A DNA stretch of 64,000 nt from Candidatus Iainarchaeum sp. (GTDB lineage: Archaea; Iainarchaeota; Iainarchaeia; Iainarchaeales; JAZDFD01). This document shows positions 59,183 to 64,000 of this stretch, piece after piece. Under the pieces are notes generated by a model. The model was not told the origin of the DNA, searched no databases, and was given only the letters and a program-made list of their open reading frames with translations. Where the stretch lies: the NCBI GenBank assembly GCA_043808155.1, contig JAZDFD010000012.1:1-64000 (forward strand), in the 5' to 3' direction. The position numbers and the translations under genes were made by a program. The first letter of the stretch is position 1. Each line of letters starts with the position of its first letter.

Positions 59183-59437
59183 GTGATTATAATGTCTGAA
59201 ACAACAACAATCCAAATCCCAATTAAACTCAAAAAAGAACTTACGTCTCTTAAAGATTATAATAGAGAAACCTATGCAGATGTTATTGAAAAATTAATTT
59301 CAATTGCAAAACAAGATGAAGAAGACAAATTTGAACTGAGTGAAGAAACATTAAAAAATATTGCTGAAGCCAGAGACGACATAAAAAAAGGCAGAGTTTA
59401 TTCATCTAAACAAATAAAGAAAGACCTGGGTTTGTGA
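59183..59437 (+). CDS. Antitoxin (RHH, RelB-like)
   Basis: TTIQI...ETY..VI; LSEET...I.EA..DI..GR. Confidence 0.8.
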   Translation: MIIMSETTTIQIPIKLKKELTSLKDYNRETYADVIEKLISIAKQDEEDKFELSEETLKNIAEARDDIKKGRVYSSKQIKKDLGL

Positions 59438-59698
59438 ATGAAACTATTCGTTGTCTGGACTAACAGAGCAAAGAAAGATCTTAAAAATCTGGAAAAATCA
59501 ATCGCAAAAAGAATTTATCTTAAAACAGATGACTTAAGCGAAGGAAAAATTCAGTTGCAAAAAGTCCAAGGTCATGATTTTTACAAATTCAGAGTGGGAC
59601 ATTATCGGATTTTTGTAACTAAGCTGGCATCCCACGACACATTATTAATTTTGACAATTAAACATCGGAAAAATGCCTATAAAAATTTGAAGAAGTGA
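59438..59698 (+). CDS. relE: RelE/ParE-family toxin
   Basis: A.KDL..L, YKFRVGHYRI, HRKNAY. Confidence 0.88.
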   Translation: MKLFVVWTNRAKKDLKNLEKSIAKRIYLKTDDLSEGKIQLQKVQGHDFYKFRVGHYRIFVTKLASHDTLLILTIKHRKNAYKNLKK

Positions 59699-59702
59699 TT
59701 AC

Positions 59703-60254
59703 ATGAATGAATTAATTGATTTCATTTTACAAGTTGAAAATTTAAAAGAAGAAAAAAGAAAAGGATGGAAACTGCGTAAAGTGAAATCACCTGAATCAGT
59801 TGCAGACCACTCTTTTGCAGTCACATTTCTCACACTAATCCTTGCAGAAAACTCAAAGCAAAAATTAAATAAACAAAAACTCCTTGAACTTGCAATAATT
59901 CACGACATTGCAGAATCAATCTGCGGTGATATTACCCCTTGGGACAAAAATGCGAAATACAAATCAGAAATTGAAGACTCTGCAATGCAGGAATTAACAC
60001 AACATCTTCCACCAAAATTAAAAAAGAAAATTCTCACTTTATGGAATGAATACGAAGAAGAAAAAACAAAAGAAGCAAAATTCGTAAAAGAAATTGACAG
60101 ATTAGAAGTATTCTTTCAGGCATACAAATACGAAAAACAAAACAAAGGCGAAAAAAACTTATTTGAAAAATTCCCAATCTGGAAATCACAAATCAAAACT
60201 AAAGAACTAAAAGAAATTTACAATGAATTAAAGAAAAAAAGAAAAAGAAATTAA
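59703..60254 (+). CDS. HD-domain 5'-deoxynucleotidase-like protein
   Basis: R.GW, ESVADHS, IHDIAE...GDI, EA.FVK..D.LE. Confidence 0.88.
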   Translation: MNELIDFILQVENLKEEKRKGWKLRKVKSPESVADHSFAVTFLTLILAENSKQKLNKQKLLELAIIHDIAESICGDITPWDKNAKYKSEIEDSAMQELTQHLPPKLKKKILTLWNEYEEEKTKEAKFVKEIDRLEVFFQAYKYEKQNKGEKNLFEKFPIWKSQIKTKELKEIYNELKKKRKRN

Positions 60255-60685
60255 AGCTGGAATTTTCTGTCAACTTCTCTTGCTAATGAATCACAGTCTG
60301 CTTTAATTTTCTCAAGATATTTGATAATTCTTTCTTTTTCTAATTCAATATCCTGAACTTTTTCATATGTTTCAACTGCTTCTTTGAACATTGAATAATC
60401 AACATATGTGTAAGGATAGCTGTCCATTTTCTTTGAGATTCTTTCAACCATTTTCCCAAGCCAGATATTCATTTCATCTTTAACCTGTCCTTTGATTTGC
60501 TTTCCAGGACTAAGATGTTTTCTCATCATATTAACAATTGTTGCTCTTGGAAATGGTAATTTACTCTCATCAACTAATCCTTCTTCTTCCTCTCCAGAGG
60601 CTTCTTCTTTGATTTCGGCTTCAACTGCCCCTTCTGAAACCTCTTCTGCCAGCTTTTCTTTTTCTTTATGTGTTTTTTTACTCAT
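60251..60685 (-). CDS. Histone-fold protein with acidic N-terminal tail and C-terminal coiled coil
   Basis: LPFPRATIVNMMRK.L....I, a long second helix, then V...F..A. Confidence 0.65.
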   Translation of the reverse strand: MSKKTHKEKEKLAEEVSEGAVEAEIKEEASGEEEEGLVDESKLPFPRATIVNMMRKHLSPGKQIKGQVKDEMNIWLGKMVERISKKMDSYPYTYVDYSMFKEAVETYEKVQDIELEKERIIKYLEKIKADCDSLAREVDRKFQL

Positions 60686-60890
60686 TTATATCACCAAAAA
60701 TCGCCTTATAGCGTACAAAAAAGATAATATTATTTGTGAAACATTGAGATTTTAAATGCTTCCATGCACAAAAAAGCCCCCTTCAAAAATGAAAAACCCA
60801 TCAAAAAACATGAAATTTTGCAAACAATTTTAATATAGTTAATACTTTTATTAATGAGAATTATAAATCATATTATTATAAGGGATTAAA

Positions 60891-61862
60891 ATGTTAGAAG
60901 GGTTTTTTACTATTGCAAATGGCTGGCTGTTTGCAAATGATTTAACATCAATAGCAATTCGCGTAATTCTAATTTTGGCAATTACTTTTATTTTAGGCAG
61001 ATTAGTACACATGTTTCTTTCAAAACACTTCAAAAGAACTGCCCGCAAACTAAAAATTGATGAAACTCAGTTCATAATGGTAAAGAGAGTTGCATCCTTG
61101 CTGATTTATATTTTCGGTGTTATGATTGCACTTTCCCAATTACCTGATTTCCAATCAATCTGGGTTTCAATTTTTGCTTCTGCAGGTATTATTGCAATTG
61201 TTGTTGGTTTAGCAGCCCAGCCTACACTTTCAAATGTTGTTGCAGGAATCTTCATGACAACTTTCAGGCCTTTCCGCGTAGGAGATAAAGTAAGAATTCA
61301 GGGTGAATATGGTGCAATTGAAGACATCACTTTGCGACACACTGTTCTCAAAACATGGGACAATAGAAGAATAATAATTCCAAATTCAAAAATGAATGAT
61401 GAATACATTATGAATTATACAATTTCCGATCCGAGGATTTTAGGTTATCTTGATATTATGATAAGTTATGATTCGGATGTTTCATTAGCAAAAAAAATAA
61501 TGGTTGAAGAAGCGTTAGCGCATTCCGATATTTTAGACGCAACAAAAGATGCAGATTTACTTGCAGGAAAAGATTCTGCATTTGCAAGAATCCGAGAATT
61601 CCAGGATAATGGATTGCAATTAAGACTTTATTTTTGGGTTGCAGACCAACCAAAATTCAGAAGAATGAGAGCTGAGCTTTTTGAAACAATAAAGAAAAGA
61701 TTCCAGAAAGAAGGAGTTGAAATACCCTACCCATACAGAACAATTGTTTACAAAACAGATTTACCTAAAACAACACAGTTACGCAATGGCATAGATGAAA
61801 AACAAAAGAGATTAGAATTGGGTGACAACCCAACCGAACCCCCTGACAGGGAACTGTTGTAA
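60891..61862 (+). CDS. mscS: Small-conductance mechanosensitive channel
   Basis: GLAAQ.TLSN..AG, PFRVGD, IPNS, GVEIPYP. Confidence 0.92.
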   Translation: MLEGFFTIANGWLFANDLTSIAIRVILILAITFILGRLVHMFLSKHFKRTARKLKIDETQFIMVKRVASLLIYIFGVMIALSQLPDFQSIWVSIFASAGIIAIVVGLAAQPTLSNVVAGIFMTTFRPFRVGDKVRIQGEYGAIEDITLRHTVLKTWDNRRIIIPNSKMNDEYIMNYTISDPRILGYLDIMISYDSDVSLAKKIMVEEALAHSDILDATKDADLLAGKDSAFARIREFQDNGLQLRLYFWVADQPKFRRMRAELFETIKKRFQKEGVEIPYPYRTIVYKTDLPKTTQLRNGIDEKQKRLELGDNPTEPPDRELL

Positions 61863-61906
61863 ACTCCTTTCTCCACGAAATCTTTTATATTCTCCTGTAG
61901 TTATAT

Positions 61907-62968
61907 ATGTTTATGAAAAAAACACAGCGGGGCTCGAAAAAATCCGGGCTTCCCCCCGGCACACTTGTTCACATAGGGCATAAAAAAGAAGAACAAGTGG
62001 AAATACAAATAATTGATTACAGCGAATTCGGCGTAACAGAAAAAATTGCAAAAAACATTGAAGAAATCATGCCCTTTAAAGAAACACCAAGTGTCACATG
62101 GGTAAACATTAATGGTCTGCACGATATTTCACTCCTTGAAAAAATTGGGGAAATGTTTGAAATCCATCCTCTTGTTCTTGAAGACATTCTCAACACAGAA
62201 CAAAGGCCAAAAATAGAAGAATTTGAAAATCATCTTTTCACTGTTTTGAAAATGCTTTTCTTCGAAGATAAAAATCTGCATACTGAACAGGTAAGTATGA
62301 TTGTAGGAAAAAATTTTTTAATTTCTTTTCAGGAACAAAAGGGCGATGTTTTTGATCAGATACGTGAAAGAATAAAAGATCCCAAAAGAAAATTCAGAAA
62401 ATACGGTCCTGATTATCTGGCTTACACAATTATTGATGCAATTGTTGACAATTATTTTGTTGTTCTTGAGAAAATAGGTGACCGAATAGAAGAACTTGAA
62501 GAAGCAGTAATAAAAAATCCCTCTCCTGACACTCTACAGAAAATTCACTTTCTTAAACGAGAAATGATTTTCATACGAAAATCTGTCTGGCCTTTGCGGG
62601 AAGTAATAAGCGCACTTCTCAGATCTGAATCCCCGCTAATAAAAAAATCAACTGCAGTTTATTTTAGAGATGTTTACGATCACACAATTCAGGTAATTGA
62701 CGCAGTAGAAACCTTCAAAGATATGCTTTCCGGAATGCATGACACATATCTTTCAGGAATAAGCAACAGAATGAACGAAGTAATGAAAGTCCTTACAGTT
62801 TTTGCATCTATTTTCATACCCCTTACATTCATTGTAGGGGTTTACGGAATGAATTTCAAATATATGCCTGAATTAGAATGGGAATTTGCATATCCTCTTC
62901 TTTGGGCAATAATGATTACAATTGGAGTTTCGATGTTCCTTTATTTTAAAAAAAAGAATTGGGTTTGA
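61907..62968 (+). CDS. corA: Mg2+/Co2+ transporter CorA
   Basis: HPLVLED..N..QRPK, YGMNF..MPEL. Confidence 0.95.
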   Translation: MFMKKTQRGSKKSGLPPGTLVHIGHKKEEQVEIQIIDYSEFGVTEKIAKNIEEIMPFKETPSVTWVNINGLHDISLLEKIGEMFEIHPLVLEDILNTEQRPKIEEFENHLFTVLKMLFFEDKNLHTEQVSMIVGKNFLISFQEQKGDVFDQIRERIKDPKRKFRKYGPDYLAYTIIDAIVDNYFVVLEKIGDRIEELEEAVIKNPSPDTLQKIHFLKREMIFIRKSVWPLREVISALLRSESPLIKKSTAVYFRDVYDHTIQVIDAVETFKDMLSGMHDTYLSGISNRMNEVMKVLTVFASIFIPLTFIVGVYGMNFKYMPELEWEFAYPLLWAIMITIGVSMFLYFKKKNWV

Positions 62969-63103
62969 ATTTCTAATGCGCATGCCCACTAACTTAAAAC
63001 TAGGTGAAAACCCAACAGAACCCCTTGACAGAGAACCGCTTTAATACGCACCTTTTTATTCTTTATTAATAAGTGAATATTATAATTCACGGGGGGTTTA
63101 GGA

Positions 63104-63685
63104 GTGAATTTTAGGCATTTATATTTAGCAGTTTTTTTGGTTTTGGCAGTTGGTATTTTCATTTCTCTTTCTGATAACGAATCAATAAACGTTTCTAAGT
63201 TCTCAGGAAACATTGTTGTGCCTCTTTTGGAAACTCCTGCTTCTGAAAAAGAAACTGAAGTTGCTAATTTTAATATTGAAGAGAAAGAACAACCTTTAGT
63301 TGGAACAGCTAACCCTGCAACTGTTTATTGTGGTGAGTTAGGATATCAGTGGAAAATAAATGAAAATCCAATGGGGCAACAAGGTATTTGCATTTTTTCA
63401 GATGAAAGCGAATGTGATGAATGGGATTTTTTAAGGGGCACTTGTGGGCAGCAATGGTCGTATTGTGCTGTAAATGGTTATGATATAATTACCAAAGATG
63501 ATGGTCGAAATCCTTTTACTCCTGAGTACGCGGTTTGCGTTGATGAAGAAGGTAATGAAATTGGTTCTGTAACAGAGCTGATGAATTTGCTTGAAGAGCC
63601 TTTGGGTTGTGCAGTTAAGTCAGATAAGCAAGAAACAAATACGAAAACTGCTGAAAATTTCTCGTTTAATAATTTGGAAAACTGA
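63104..63685 (+). CDS. DUF333-domain secreted protein
   Basis: ANPATVYC...G...GIC......CDEW.F.RG.C. Confidence 0.75.
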   Translation: MNFRHLYLAVFLVLAVGIFISLSDNESINVSKFSGNIVVPLLETPASEKETEVANFNIEEKEQPLVGTANPATVYCGELGYQWKINENPMGQQGICIFSDESECDEWDFLRGTCGQQWSYCAVNGYDIITKDDGRNPFTPEYAVCVDEEGNEIGSVTELMNLLEEPLGCAVKSDKQETNTKTAENFSFNNLEN

Positions 63686-63695
63686 ATGTGATAAA

Positions 63696-64000
63696 ATGAA
63701 ATCTACAAAACTTTTTGTAATTATTTTTTTGTTGGCATTTGGTTACTTTATACCTTTTGTTGCTGCTCTTCCAAGCAACTTTGACTGGAGAAATCACGAT
63801 GGCTATAATTGGATGACTTCTGTAAAAAATCAGGGTGATTGCGGTTCCTGTTGGGCTTTTTCTACTGTTGGTTCAGTAGAAGCAGTTTACAATATCCGCA
63901 AAAATAATTACAATCTTGATTTAGATCTAGCCGAAGAAGAAATAGTTTCGGATTGCCTTCTAGATAGCGACTGTTGTGTTGGTTGGATTAGTTCAGCTTT
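63696..64000 (+). CDS. Papain-like C1A cysteine peptidase (partial, runs off the window)
   Basis: Signal peptide then LPSNFDWR...VKNQGDCGSCWAFS. Confidence 0.9.
   Translation, partial: MKSTKLFVIIFLLAFGYFIPFVAALPSNFDWRNHDGYNWMTSVKNQGDCGSCWAFSTVGSVEAVYNIRKNNYNLDLDLAEEEIVSDCLLDSDCCVGWISSA

Overview
AT-rich archaeal chromosomal window. Archaeal markers include a thermosome subunit, Alba, Sec61beta, diphthine-ammonia ligase, a histone-fold protein and GGTGA/GGAGG ribosome-binding sites. The gene style suggests a DPANN-type lineage such as Iainarchaeota, but that is inference only. The first 40 kb holds housekeeping and transport genes, three tRNAs (Leu-CAG, Val-CAC and a rare Ile-UAU directly upstream of ileS) and a HerA-like ATPase with a LAGLIDADG intein. 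The region from about 42 to 56 kb is an apparently complete, divergently arranged gas vesicle cluster: gvpA-C-N-O plus minD leftward, and a MEDS-PadR regulator followed by gvpF-G-H-(I)-J-J-K-L-M-L rightward. It carries zinc-ribbon GvpJ paralogs and a recurring TGTCG-N5-CGACA palindrome. The last 7 kb has two toxin-antitoxin pairs, a kinase, an HD hydrolase, the histone-fold gene, MscS, CorA and a papain-like protease cut off by the window edge. Five intergenic sites carry a dispersed hairpin element with fixed flanks (ATAYGTG...CGGTAAT) and fully covarying stems. All product calls come from motif recognition by eye; no database searches were run.
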